DNA of 45,634 nt from an uncultured Gammaproteobacteria bacterium (GCA_964538765.1 CAZIHS010000004.1:1-45634); one strand, 5' to 3'. Counted from the first letter of the stretch, positions 8,678-17,688 are shown. Translations and numbers: made by a program. The notes: a model not told the origin generated them from the letters alone.

Positions 8678-9607
8678 TTAGCACACTTTTTCTTTTTGCA
8701 ATAGCATCGAAACCACCTCTCGCGCCACATTAATTCCCGTCGCTTGCTCAAACCCCCTAAACTGGCACTGGCGATTAACTTCCAAGACATAGTTATTGCC
8801 TCTTTCGTCTTTCATAATATCCACCCCTGCATAATCAAGTCCACCGGCTTCTGCCACCGTTTCAGCCAGCCCTTTTTCCACATCGCTAAGTTCCCACCCC
8901 TCCACCTTTCCCCCTAAACTAAAATTACTTCTAAACTCTTTTCCCACTGCCGTTCTCTTCATTGCTCCAACTGCCCTTCCTCCAATCACTATCACCCTCA
9001 AATCCCAACCAAGCGGCAAATATCTTTGCCACAAAAACATCCCCAAATTTTTTTCATTTATTTTCTCCAGCCACCCCAGGGCTTCTTTTAAGTTAGACAG
9101 CTTTCGCACACTCTTTCCCTGATACCCCCTCTCATGTTTCACCACTAAAGGAAATTCCCACTTCTTGTCCAATCCGACCTGCCCAATTAAAAAGTTCCTC
9201 ACCACTTCCTTTTGGTAAAAAATTCTAGTCGGAACAACTTCTATTCCAGCCCCCTCAAACACCCCATGCTGACTAATTTTTCCCATCCTCGGCCAACCCA
9301 GATAACTTTTTCCATTAATGCACACCACCTCGTCCCTCAACAGTCTAATCAAAAGGTTTCTCCCTTCAACATACTTTCCGCTTTTGGTTCCTGCCACCCT
9401 AAACCAGCAACCCAAAGTATTGTCACCATTTATTTCCTCCCCGGCCACCAGCACCCTGCATCTACCACCACCAATTTCAAACTCAATCTCTCGGTACAGT
9501 GCCTTTTTTACCCCAACCCCCAGCCTCTCGGCCTCCTCAACCAATCTGTTAACCTCAAACTGGCTTTGCAAAAGCGACATTGTAAAAGTAATTATTCGTT
9601 TTTTCAT
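8678..9607 (-). CDS. RimK-family ATP-grasp ligase
   Basis: DLRVIVIGG, FRSNFSLGG, AGVDIM, VLEVN motifs. Confidence 0.88.
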   Translation of the reverse strand: MKKRIITFTMSLLQSQFEVNRLVEEAERLGVGVKKALYREIEFEIGGGRCRVLVAGEEINGDNTLGCWFRVAGTKSGKYVEGRNLLIRLLRDEVVCINGKSYLGWPRMGKISQHGVFEGAGIEVVPTRIFYQKEVVRNFLIGQVGLDKKWEFPLVVKHERGYQGKSVRKLSNLKEALGWLEKINEKNLGMFLWQRYLPLGWDLRVIVIGGRAVGAMKRTAVGKEFRSNFSLGGKVEGWELSDVEKGLAETVAEAGGLDYAGVDIMKDERGNNYVLEVNRQCQFRGFEQATGINVAREVVSMLLQKEKVC

Positions 9608-9608
9608 A

Positions 9609-10601
9609 CTATCCGGCCTCCCCCAGTAAATTTTTTAAAAACAACACTATTTCGGCCGGGACATCAATTCCGGTTGCCTCCATAAACCCTTTAAATTGTG
9701 GCCCCTTATTTACTTCCAAAACCACATAATCATCCAAATTTACATTCGTATCATTTTTATCTATCATCCCGCTCAAATTATTTTTGACCATAATATCCAC
9801 CCCCGCCACCTGCAAACCGCACACCCCGGCCGCTCTCACTGCCAGCTCTTTCACCTTTTTTGGTAAGTCAGCCACCTCAACCTTTCCTCCCGCCGAAAAA
9901 TTATTTCTAAATTCTTTCTCATCTTGCCTGCTTCTCCTCATCACCCCCAAAACCTTCTTCCCCAACACCAGCACTCTATAATCCCCATCGTTTTCAATCC
10001 ACTCCTGCAACAAATATCTTTTTCCCTCTTCAGTTTCACTCTTCCTAAGTTGCCAAACCAGCCTTTCCAGGTCTTCCAAATTTTCTGCCCTGTAAACCCT
10101 TGTCCCCCTGTCCCCCCCGCTTCCTTTCAATATCACCGGAAATGAAAAGCCTAAACCCAAATAGTTATTTTTGACCAGTTCATATAAATACCACAAGCTC
10201 CCATACACTGTTTTTGGCACCGCTATTCCCGCCCGGCTCAAAGCCGTCATTTGCCAGGCCTTGCATGCATAACTCGGCTTCCCCAGTCTCACCATTGAAT
10301 CAACCACCACCGTTCCCTTATCTATACTATTTATAATAAGATCAACTTCCTCCCAATGTTTTCCGGTTGTCCGAAAAAACAGCACTCCATATTCATCCAA
10401 CCCCTTTTTTTCAGCCATTTTCGCTCTGCTTCCCCTAATCCACACCTTTGACTCACCGCCATCTTCAGTCGAAAAAACCACTCTGTTGTACGAAATCAAA
10501 TCCAGCTCCACCCCAATTCTTCTGGCCGCCGCCTTAATAAGACCCAAATGTTTGGTCACTTTTCCCCCAAAAAATAACCCAATTCTCCTGTTTTTTGCCA
10601 T
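9609..10601 (-). CDS. RimK-family ATP-grasp ligase
   Basis: GIAVPKT, DYRVLVLG, FRNNFSAGG, AGVDIM, VLEVNKGPQF motifs. Confidence 0.88.
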   Translation of the reverse strand: MAKNRRIGLFFGGKVTKHLGLIKAAARRIGVELDLISYNRVVFSTEDGGESKVWIRGSRAKMAEKKGLDEYGVLFFRTTGKHWEEVDLIINSIDKGTVVVDSMVRLGKPSYACKAWQMTALSRAGIAVPKTVYGSLWYLYELVKNNYLGLGFSFPVILKGSGGDRGTRVYRAENLEDLERLVWQLRKSETEEGKRYLLQEWIENDGDYRVLVLGKKVLGVMRRSRQDEKEFRNNFSAGGKVEVADLPKKVKELAVRAAGVCGLQVAGVDIMVKNNLSGMIDKNDTNVNLDDYVVLEVNKGPQFKGFMEATGIDVPAEIVLFLKNLLGEAG

Positions 10602-11989
10602 TACTTTTTATATATTTTTGTAACCTCAACCTTTTTGGTCGACACCAGAAAACCTTCCAGATCTTTTCTTCCCAGCAAAAACTTTGTTCTCAGCTTCGAT
10701 CTGTCGGCCACATTAACCGCCGTCACCACCTTTCTATTTTTCAACCAAAAAGCCACTCCCACCACCGGCCTGTCATGATGTCTCCCTAAAGACGACCGGT
10801 AATGCCGGTAATACAGCACCTTGCTTTCTTCAAGCAAACCCAGTTTTCCCGCCAGCACCCTGTCAATCGAGCTTCTAAACGCTCCAGTATCCAATTTTGC
10901 CCTCACCTCAACCACCCTGTGTTTGCCCCTTTTCCTCACCACACTTTTTTGCAAATCCGGCTTAAACCCCTTTGCTATCTTTATTTCAATAGTTTCCAAC
11001 GGACCAACCGTTTTTGGACCATCCTTTTCTTCAACTTTTTCAAAAAATCTCTCTCCAAAAAGATATTTTGACAACGACAGGGCGTGGGCCACACTTCTCA
11101 CTTCAACATCCTCCACTTTCTCCATCCTCTGCTTCAGCCCCGCCTTATTACACAGTTGTATCGACAATCCCGGCCTCACGTTCAGTTCCAGCACCACCGG
11201 TCCTTTGTCCTTATCTAGAACCACGTCAACTCCCACAAACCCCATCCCCGCCACTGCCATCTGGCTCTTAACCGCTGTTTCCAAAATCTCACGCCACATT
11301 GGTATTTTTATCCCGTTAACTTTTATTTTTCTCTTGTTTTTCCGGGAAATAATACTGGTTACCACCTCTCCCTTTCCCACCACCCCAAAAGTTGTAATCC
11401 CTGTCGCCAGGTCAATCCCCAATCCATAGGCTCCTTGCTGCAAATTAGCCTTTCCTCCACTTATCTCCGTTGGAATCCTAAACATCGCCATCACCGGCAC
11501 TCGGTTATACATTACCACCCTGATATCTGGAGTTCCCCACCTCGTCAGCGCCAGAAATTTTGGGTGTATCTTCACCCTTTCTTCCACCAGCACACTATCC
11601 ACCATCCCGTGCAAACTATATTTGCCACCCAATATATCCCAACAATGTTTTTTAACTGCCTCTTCAGTCACCACCTTTCCGTCAATTTTCAGCCACCCAC
11701 CTCCCACCAGTCTCTTTCTAATAATTAATATCCCCTCGCCTCCAAATCCCGACACTGGCTTAACCACAAAATTTCCCTCCAGCCTATTCCACCCAAAATC
11801 ATCAACCTCTTCGGCATTTTTAAACCTGGCGATTAATTTAGGAACCCCAACTCCCTTCTTTTGCAAAATCCTTTTAGTCCTGTACTTACTATCGGCAATC
11901 TCTCTTGCTTCCGAGGAATTCTTTCTCAAATACACCTTGTTCCTCTCGTTTTTCGTCAAAAATTGCCTATATTTTTTTAGGCCCCACAT
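10601..11989 (-). CDS. Sugar-transfer-associated (alpha-L-glutamate ligase-like) ATP-grasp fused to a C-terminal RimB-type aspartyl protease
   Basis: FVVKPVSGFGGEGI, DIRV, ANLQQGA, GVDVV, VLELNVRPGLSIQ; C-terminal AKLDTGA...RPVV...DRSKLRTKFLLGRKDL protease motif. Confidence 0.85.
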   Translation of the reverse strand: MWGLKKYRQFLTKNERNKVYLRKNSSEAREIADSKYRTKRILQKKGVGVPKLIARFKNAEEVDDFGWNRLEGNFVVKPVSGFGGEGILIIRKRLVGGGWLKIDGKVVTEEAVKKHCWDILGGKYSLHGMVDSVLVEERVKIHPKFLALTRWGTPDIRVVMYNRVPVMAMFRIPTEISGGKANLQQGAYGLGIDLATGITTFGVVGKGEVVTSIISRKNKRKIKVNGIKIPMWREILETAVKSQMAVAGMGFVGVDVVLDKDKGPVVLELNVRPGLSIQLCNKAGLKQRMEKVEDVEVRSVAHALSLSKYLFGERFFEKVEEKDGPKTVGPLETIEIKIAKGFKPDLQKSVVRKRGKHRVVEVRAKLDTGAFRSSIDRVLAGKLGLLEESKVLYYRHYRSSLGRHHDRPVVGVAFWLKNRKVVTAVNVADRSKLRTKFLLGRKDLEGFLVSTKKVEVTKIYKK

Positions 11990-12848
11990 GTTTTTCTTTC
12001 TCCCTAATCGCTTTTCTAAATCTTTTTATCTCCAACAATCTTATCCCGGTATAATTTCCAATCAAAAAATTAATTACTATCACCAGACCCAGCACTATTT
12101 CGGGATAAACCAGCACCATCTGCTGTAACCACCGCCAGCTCATCAATCCCGCCCCTGCTACCGCTAAAAGCAAGGTTCCCACTGTCAATCTTTGAGCTTC
12201 ATTTTGGCTCTTAATCAGCTGTGTTTTTACAAACTCTTCAGCCAAAAGCACCATAAACATAACCGGAAATATAGATATTCTAGTCAAGTCAAATTGCTTC
12301 ACACTGCTCGACAACACAATAATCCCAAAAGCCGCCACCGATATCACCGACAATCCAATCGCTCTCGATGGCCAAAAGTGCAACTTCCACCTTCTCAAAC
12401 CAAACCCGGTTACCAGCGATACTATTAATATAGTTCCAAAAAGCAACAGCCCCCCGGCAATTCCGGTGTTTAGCAAAACCACTGCCACCATTGTCGGCAT
12501 AAACACCCCATAGCCAGACAGTCCCAGCAAATAATGAACCGCCGAGGTCAGTGTCGCCACCACCGGCAACAACAGCAGTAACACTACCGTTTCCGCCGCC
12601 AAACCCCTTTCCACCGCCAGTTTAATCAGCCACTGCAAACTGTTTGTCCCTCTCCAGCCGCCAATATTTCGATTCTTCACCACTTCATCTAAACCATAGT
12701 CCGTTTTTGTTTCGTTCCCCATTTCATTATCTGCCTTTGCCACCAACCCAACTGGTTCCACTCCCTCCACCCAGTTCACCTCACCGCTTCTAACCAGCCC
12801 CGCCAAAACCACCACCAGGAAAAATATTAATAATGATTTTTTAAGCAT
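11967..12848 (-). CDS. 7TM protein of the family usually fused to inactive transglutaminase, here without that domain
   Basis: LLLLLPVVATL, GYGVFMP, ISIFPVMFMVLLAEEF, YTGIRLLEIKRF; about seven hydrophobic segments; adjacent to the ATP-grasp partner typical of this family. Confidence 0.82.
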   Translation of the reverse strand: MLKKSLLIFFLVVVLAGLVRSGEVNWVEGVEPVGLVAKADNEMGNETKTDYGLDEVVKNRNIGGWRGTNSLQWLIKLAVERGLAAETVVLLLLLPVVATLTSAVHYLLGLSGYGVFMPTMVAVVLLNTGIAGGLLLFGTILIVSLVTGFGLRRWKLHFWPSRAIGLSVISVAAFGIIVLSSSVKQFDLTRISIFPVMFMVLLAEEFVKTQLIKSQNEAQRLTVGTLLLAVAGAGLMSWRWLQQMVLVYPEIVLGLVIVINFLIGNYTGIRLLEIKRFRKAIREKEKHVGPKKI

Positions 12849-12993
12849 CTGTTTGGATAATTTATTCTCTCAAGTCTAATTTGTGGCGTATTATAACCCC
12901 GCCCCCCTTCTCATTCAACAGTCTAATATCATCGTTGCCTTTCGTCAATTTCCTCTTTCTCTCCTTTTCTTCCCATATTGTATAATTCATTTA

Positions 12994-13326
12994 ATGTCAA
13001 TCCCACTTTTGGCCCAAGTTGATATAAAAAATACTCCACTTGGTGCCGGTTCAATTGGCACTATCTACTCCACCCCCGCCACTCTCATCAATCTCATTGT
13101 CAAAAATTCCCTCACCATTGCTGGCATCCTTCTTCTTGTTCTTTTGCTTTTTGGCGGCCTAAATTATATAATCGGCGCAGGCAAGAATGACCCAAAAAAG
13201 ACCCAACAATCTCAAGAAACCATCACCGCCGCTCTCATCGGCTTTGCCGTCGTTTTCCTTGCCTTCATCATTGTCCAAATTATCGAAATCATTACTGGCG
13301 TTCAAATTCTTTCCCCAAACATCTAA
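12994..13326 (+). CDS. VirB2/TrbC-like pilin 1 (start revised to ATG 12994)
   Basis: Two TM helices around the GGLNYIIGAG...ITAALIGFAVV pattern; TATAAT at 12981-12986. Confidence 0.8.
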   Translation: MSIPLLAQVDIKNTPLGAGSIGTIYSTPATLINLIVKNSLTIAGILLLVLLLFGGLNYIIGAGKNDPKKTQQSQETITAALIGFAVVFLAFIIVQIIEIITGVQILSPNI

Positions 13327-13330
13327 ACCA

Positions 13331-13705
13331 ATGAATCCAAAACTCTCATCCCGCAATTTTCCCATTGTTTTTGCAGGTATTTTCGGCAACATCAACCCGC
13401 CTCCCGGTGTCGACAAATACGTCTCTAAAGGTGGCAATCCCGGTGGCGGCCTTTTCCTTTTTATCAGTAATCTATTTTTTCTGGCCGGTGTCATCGCCGG
13501 CGTCTATGCTGTTTTCCAGTTTATTTCCGCAGGTTACGGCTACCTCAGCGCCGCCGGTGACCCCAAAAAAGTTGAAGCTGCCTGGGCCCAAATTTGGCAA
13601 AGCGCCCTTGGCCTGGTAATTATTGCCTCTGCCTTCGTTCTCGCCGGAGTAGTTGAAAAACTCACCGGGCTTAGTATTCTTTCACCTGTCATCTATGGTC
13701 CCTAA
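13331..13705 (+). CDS. VirB2/TrbC-like pilin 2 (start revised to ATG 13331)
   Basis: AGYGYLSAAGDPKKVEAAWAQIWQSALGLVII. Confidence 0.82.
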   Translation: MNPKLSSRNFPIVFAGIFGNINPPPGVDKYVSKGGNPGGGLFLFISNLFFLAGVIAGVYAVFQFISAGYGYLSAAGDPKKVEAAWAQIWQSALGLVIIASAFVLAGVVEKLTGLSILSPVIYGP

Positions 13706-14054
13706 TCTCCTGGCCCAGGTTACCTACAAAATCACCGGTCCCGGTCTGCAACCCGTCAACTCCAACGATGCCGTCTCAAAAATGGAAAAAGTTTTAAGCA
13801 ACGTCTTTGGTTTTCTCACTATTATTGCCATAGTTTATTTCGCCATTCAAATAATCCTTTCCGGTCTGGCCTTCATCAGTTCCCAGGGTGACGCCAAAAA
13901 CATGGAAAACGCCAGAAAAAGGCTCACCGAAAACGTCATCGGCCTCTTTATTGTCATCATCGCTCTCGGCCTGGCGTCCCTTTTTGCTTCCCTCACTGGT
14001 CTTGGCGACAACATATTCGATCTAAATGAGGTTATTAAAAAAATCGGTGTCTAA
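13695..14054 (+). CDS. VirB2/TrbC-like pilin 3 (start revised to ATG 13695)
   Basis: SGLAFISSQGDAKNMENARKRLTENVIGLFIV; overlaps the pilin 2 stop. Confidence 0.82.
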   Translation: MVPNLLAQVTYKITGPGLQPVNSNDAVSKMEKVLSNVFGFLTIIAIVYFAIQIILSGLAFISSQGDAKNMENARKRLTENVIGLFIVIIALGLASLFASLTGLGDNIFDLNEVIKKIGV

Positions 14055-14055
14055 C

Positions 14056-14442
14056 ATGATCAAAACGCTTTTAACTTCTACCCTTTTCATCCTCTTTTCT
14101 CCGCGTTCCAGTCTAGCCATAATCTGCAATCCTCTCATCAAAAACTGTCAAAACATTGTCACCGACCCAAAGGCCTACACCAACTCCGTAATCCAAACCA
14201 TGTTTTCCCTGTTTTTTGTAGTCGGCTTCATCTATTTTATTTGGCACTTTGTCATGGGCGCTTACCACTTCATGGTCACCGAAGGCGATCCGAAACGCTA
14301 CGAAACCGCTAAAAACGAAATCACCTGGTCGCTTCTTGGCGTCGTTGTCCTTTTTTCCGTCTTTGCCGTCCTAAAACTAATTGGCTACATTCTTGGTATC
14401 GAAGGCCTCGACCACTTAACCATTACACTACCCTCCCTTTAA
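14056..14442 (+). CDS. VirB2/TrbC-like pilin 4 (start revised to ATG 14056)
   Basis: Signal peptide (SSLA-I), Cys pair, GAYHFMVTEGDPKRYETAKNEITWSLLGVVV. Confidence 0.82.
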   Translation: MIKTLLTSTLFILFSPRSSLAIICNPLIKNCQNIVTDPKAYTNSVIQTMFSLFFVVGFIYFIWHFVMGAYHFMVTEGDPKRYETAKNEITWSLLGVVVLFSVFAVLKLIGYILGIEGLDHLTITLPSL

Positions 14443-14457
14443 CTTTCTTATCTTTAC

Positions 14458-14466
14458 TGATAAAAT
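14458..14466 (+). promoter_or_regulatory. Extended -10 upstream of pilin 5
   Basis: TGaTAAAAT in the 62-bp gap, 38 nt before the ATG at 14505. Confidence 0.5.
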
Positions 14467-14504
14467 TAGGCAATAGTTAAAAATTAATCGAAACATACCA
14501 AAAA

Positions 14505-14882
14505 ATGATCCAAAAACTAGTCCGCAAAATTAAAATGGCCGCTCTCGTTGCTCCGATTATGGCCCAAGACATCACCTTTGGCAGTAAAGTTGACAACTTC
14601 AAACCTCTCGAAGATCTTAAAGCCGAAAGCATTATCCAGGGCGCCATCTCTCTTGTTCTGGTGGTCGTCGCTCTGGTCTTCTTTTTCATGCTCGTTCTCG
14701 GTGGTTTAAAGTGGGTTATGTCTGAAGGCGATGAAAAAAGCGTCACCGCCGCCCGCAACCAAATCACCAACGCCCTCATCGGTCTTGCCATTGTCTTTTC
14801 CGCTTGGGCCATCATGCGCCTGATTGGCATTGTCTTTGGTGTCAACATTCTCGGTGGTATCAAAATTCCCACCCTCCAGTAA
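14505..14882 (+). CDS. VirB2/TrbC-like pilin 5 (candidate major pilin)
   Basis: Leader ending IMA-Q; GGLKWVMSEGDEKSVTAARNQITNALIGLAIV. Confidence 0.85.
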   Translation: MIQKLVRKIKMAALVAPIMAQDITFGSKVDNFKPLEDLKAESIIQGAISLVLVVVALVFFFMLVLGGLKWVMSEGDEKSVTAARNQITNALIGLAIVFSAWAIMRLIGIVFGVNILGGIKIPTLQ

Positions 14883-14899
14883 ACTTTCTTTGTCTTTTG

Positions 14900-14929
14900 A
14901 AAAGGGCAGGGTTCATCCCTGCCCTTTTT
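14900..14929 (+). terminator. Intrinsic (probably bidirectional) terminator after pilin 5
   Basis: AAAA-GGGCAGGG-TTCAT-CCCTGCCC-TTTTT: perfect 8-bp GC stem flanked by A and T tracts. Confidence 0.88.
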
Positions 14930-14937
14930 GTTATAAT
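14929..14937 (+). promoter_or_regulatory. Extended -10 for pilin 6 (leaderless-type)
   Basis: TGtTATAAT, 5 nt before the ATG at 14943. Confidence 0.65.
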
Positions 14938-14942
14938 TGTTT

Positions 14943-15368
14943 ATGAAATTCCTCCCTCAAAGATCCAACCTTTCCCCCAAAAGCCTTATTCTTTTTTTGA
15001 TCGCTCTCTTTTTTCCTGTTCCTGTTTTTGCCCAGCCTCAACCCTGGAACGCCAATCCAAATCTAAAATGTGTTGATCCCGCCAACCCCGACGTTCCCTA
15101 TATTAAAGGTCTCGAATGTCTTTTTTACAACGTACTTCAGGTTATTGTCGTCATCGCCGGCCTGGCTTTTTTTGCCATGTTTGTCACCGGCGGCTTTCAA
15201 TATCTTCTTTCTGGTGGCGACCAAAAAAAAGCCGCCGCCGCCGCCTCCACCCTCACCTCTTCCGTTATCGGCCTGGTTGGTATTATCGGCTCCTACCTCA
15301 TCCTTGTCCTCATTCAACACTTCACCGGCATCACCAGTCTCACCAAGTTCACTATTCCTGGTCCCTAA
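14943..15368 (+). CDS. VirB2/TrbC-like pilin 6 (start revised to ATG 14943)
   Basis: Signal peptide (VFA-Q), Cys pair, GGFQYLLSGGDQKKAAAAASTLTSSVIGLVGI. Confidence 0.82.
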   Translation: MKFLPQRSNLSPKSLILFLIALFFPVPVFAQPQPWNANPNLKCVDPANPDVPYIKGLECLFYNVLQVIVVIAGLAFFAMFVTGGFQYLLSGGDQKKAAAAASTLTSSVIGLVGIIGSYLILVLIQHFTGITSLTKFTIPGP

Positions 15369-15369
15369 A

Positions 15370-17688
15370 ATGAAATTCATTTCCCGGTCCTGTTGGACCA
15401 TTTTAATTGTCGCCCTCATCTTGTCATCTTGTTTGCCTTCATCGTCCCTCGCCGCCAACGCCGGCCTCAATCTTATCAATGACCCTGCCTCAGCCGGCAA
15501 CATGCCCGAAATTAATAATTGGTATTTTTACACCCCCGCTTCGCCTGCCGACCTTTTAAACGCCAATCTCTCGGCTCCCAACCTTGTCATCCGCCTTCAT
15601 TCATCTTGGACCGAACTTGGTCAACAGATGCTTTCCAACGACCCCCAGGAACAGGCCCGCGTTGCCTCGGCCTGGGCCGATGCCATTTCAAAACTATCTG
15701 CCTCCGGCAAGAAAATCTATGTCGAGCCTTTCAACGAGCTCGAACAGGATTATGAGCGGCGCAATTCTACCGGGCTTTTAAGCCTTGACCGAGGTCTTGC
15801 TAATGCCGCCCGCTTTATCACCGCCCTCCAAAAAGTTCTCCCCGCCTCTGCCACTCTCACCACCCCCGCCTATGACCCTCAAAATGGAAATTTTGAAACT
15901 GTTGTCAAATTTTTCTCCTCGCTTTTCCCTCAAATCAACACCGCCTCAGTCCACCCCTACACCCTGGCCGCCTTTAAGAAAATCTCCGACCATTTGAAAG
16001 GCAAAAATCTTCTTTTCACCGAAATCGGCGCCATCAACCCCAGTTCTGGCCACCCGGCCTACTATGACAGCCTCCTTATCGATTTCTTTTGTAACCAGGG
16101 TTTTGCCGCCCAAATGCATTCCACCCCCAACCTTTTGGCCTACTTTCTTTTTGCCTTCGCCCCCGGCGACTTTAATGGCCAGTGGAACTTTGTCAACCCA
16201 AATGTCAGCAAGGCTATCCAAAATCGCTGTTCTGAAATTGACCCAAACGCCACCCCCTATCCCACCCGTCTCCCCACTCCCACCATTCCTCCACCGGCCC
16301 TCGGCGCCAACAACGAAGCTTTCATTTCCACCAACACTTGTCAACCGGTTACCTCCTCAAACAGCATCGCCAATGGCGACCCCAATTCCAACGCCTGCAT
16401 CACCACCGGCGCTTCTTGTAGTTATCAGCACACCATCGAACAAAATTATCCCCAGCAATATACCAAAGACCCCGACACTGGCGAAAACACCCCCGTCGAA
16501 CAAGACATCACCAGCGTTGAACAGGAAGACATCGGCACCAACGGCCTCTACACCAACACCGAAAGTAAAGATTTAAGCGACCATTTAAATGGTGGTTTTG
16601 TTCCCAAAATTAGAAACGGTCTCTTTACCTACCCAAACGGCGCCCCCTCAACCATTCAAAAATACCAACTTACTTCTTATTCCTACAAAACCGCCCTCAA
16701 TCCCGCTCTTCGCGGCCTCCCTCTAGCCTGGGTTAAATATCTAAAAGGCCAACTCATCGAAGATTCGGTCGAATCACTTGAGTCCCTCAAATGTCTCCAA
16801 ACCAGCCCTACCTCCCTCGTTTCCTTCAACCACTCCGTCAGTGACCAGCCGGTCGCCTGGGGCATCCCCCGTGGTGGCGCCTACAATTGTATCGATTTTG
16901 ATAAGGGTCCCACCGATCGCCCCATCACCATCGCCGAGCTCGCCTACGGCCTCACCTATATCAACCACTACCCCTTCACTTTCACCTCAGAAGGTAACAG
17001 TCGCTTCACCCCCCGGCCCCTTTCGGCCAAAGCCCAGGACCTACTTACTCGCTACTATCTGGGTAGCGGCTACGAACAATGCACTGGCAAACCTTTTGTC
17101 CCCCTCATCGCCGGCTGCTACATTTTCATTTATAAAAACATTTCTCCGGTTGCCCGGGGGGCCGTCGACAACCTCATCACTGTCGAAAACATCGGCCGCA
17201 ACGGTCGCCCCGAGCCCACCCCCGCCCACCGTTCTTTCCGAGGTGCTGAAGGCTTTTGGTCAGGAACTGAAATCGTTTACAATCAATTTGGCAATTATTC
17301 CACCGGTCAAAAATCCCCCCCGCCTCCTTCTACCAATCTTTGTCAAACCGGCTCGGGCAACACCGACCCCAATCATCGCCCCACTCCCACCAATTTCTTC
17401 GCCTATGTTTTAAACCTTTTTAGAAAAGCCTTTGGCGGCCGCCAAACCGCCGAAGTTTTGGTTACCTCAACCTTCCCCAACTCCGGAAACTACGAAGCCT
17501 ACAACCAGTACATGGTCAAAAGCTATCTTTCCAAGCGCGACATCGACCGCTACTACAAAAACAATCCCTGTTCCAGCCAGGGCTCTTCCGCCTCCACCAA
17601 AGAGTTAAAAACTTGGGACCCTGGCCTCTGCGCGGAAGAAAAACTACTCGACCAAAACCTCACTCCCTGGAAAAACCAGCGGCTTTAA
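15370..17688 (+). CDS. Secreted protein with putative clan GH-A-like catalytic domain, P/T linker and Cys-containing C-terminal region (start revised to ATG 15370)
   Basis: Signal peptide after MKFISR; VIRLH, YVEPFNE (acid/base-like) and LLFTEIG (nucleophile-like) motifs; PTPYPTRLPTPT linker. Confidence 0.65.
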   Translation: MKFISRSCWTILIVALILSSCLPSSSLAANAGLNLINDPASAGNMPEINNWYFYTPASPADLLNANLSAPNLVIRLHSSWTELGQQMLSNDPQEQARVASAWADAISKLSASGKKIYVEPFNELEQDYERRNSTGLLSLDRGLANAARFITALQKVLPASATLTTPAYDPQNGNFETVVKFFSSLFPQINTASVHPYTLAAFKKISDHLKGKNLLFTEIGAINPSSGHPAYYDSLLIDFFCNQGFAAQMHSTPNLLAYFLFAFAPGDFNGQWNFVNPNVSKAIQNRCSEIDPNATPYPTRLPTPTIPPPALGANNEAFISTNTCQPVTSSNSIANGDPNSNACITTGASCSYQHTIEQNYPQQYTKDPDTGENTPVEQDITSVEQEDIGTNGLYTNTESKDLSDHLNGGFVPKIRNGLFTYPNGAPSTIQKYQLTSYSYKTALNPALRGLPLAWVKYLKGQLIEDSVESLESLKCLQTSPTSLVSFNHSVSDQPVAWGIPRGGAYNCIDFDKGPTDRPITIAELAYGLTYINHYPFTFTSEGNSRFTPRPLSAKAQDLLTRYYLGSGYEQCTGKPFVPLIAGCYIFIYKNISPVARGAVDNLITVENIGRNGRPEPTPAHRSFRGAEGFWSGTEIVYNQFGNYSTGQKSPPPPSTNLCQTGSGNTDPNHRPTPTNFFAYVLNLFRKAFGGRQTAEVLVTSTFPNSGNYEAYNQYMVKSYLSKRDIDRYYKNNPCSSQGSSASTKELKTWDPGLCAEEKLLDQNLTPWKNQRL

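Noticed and set aside
15070-15369. 100-aa N-terminal extension with poly-Pro on the 872-aa ORF
   Set aside because: Alternative frame of pilin 6; ATG 15370 gives a normal signal peptide right after the pilin stop.
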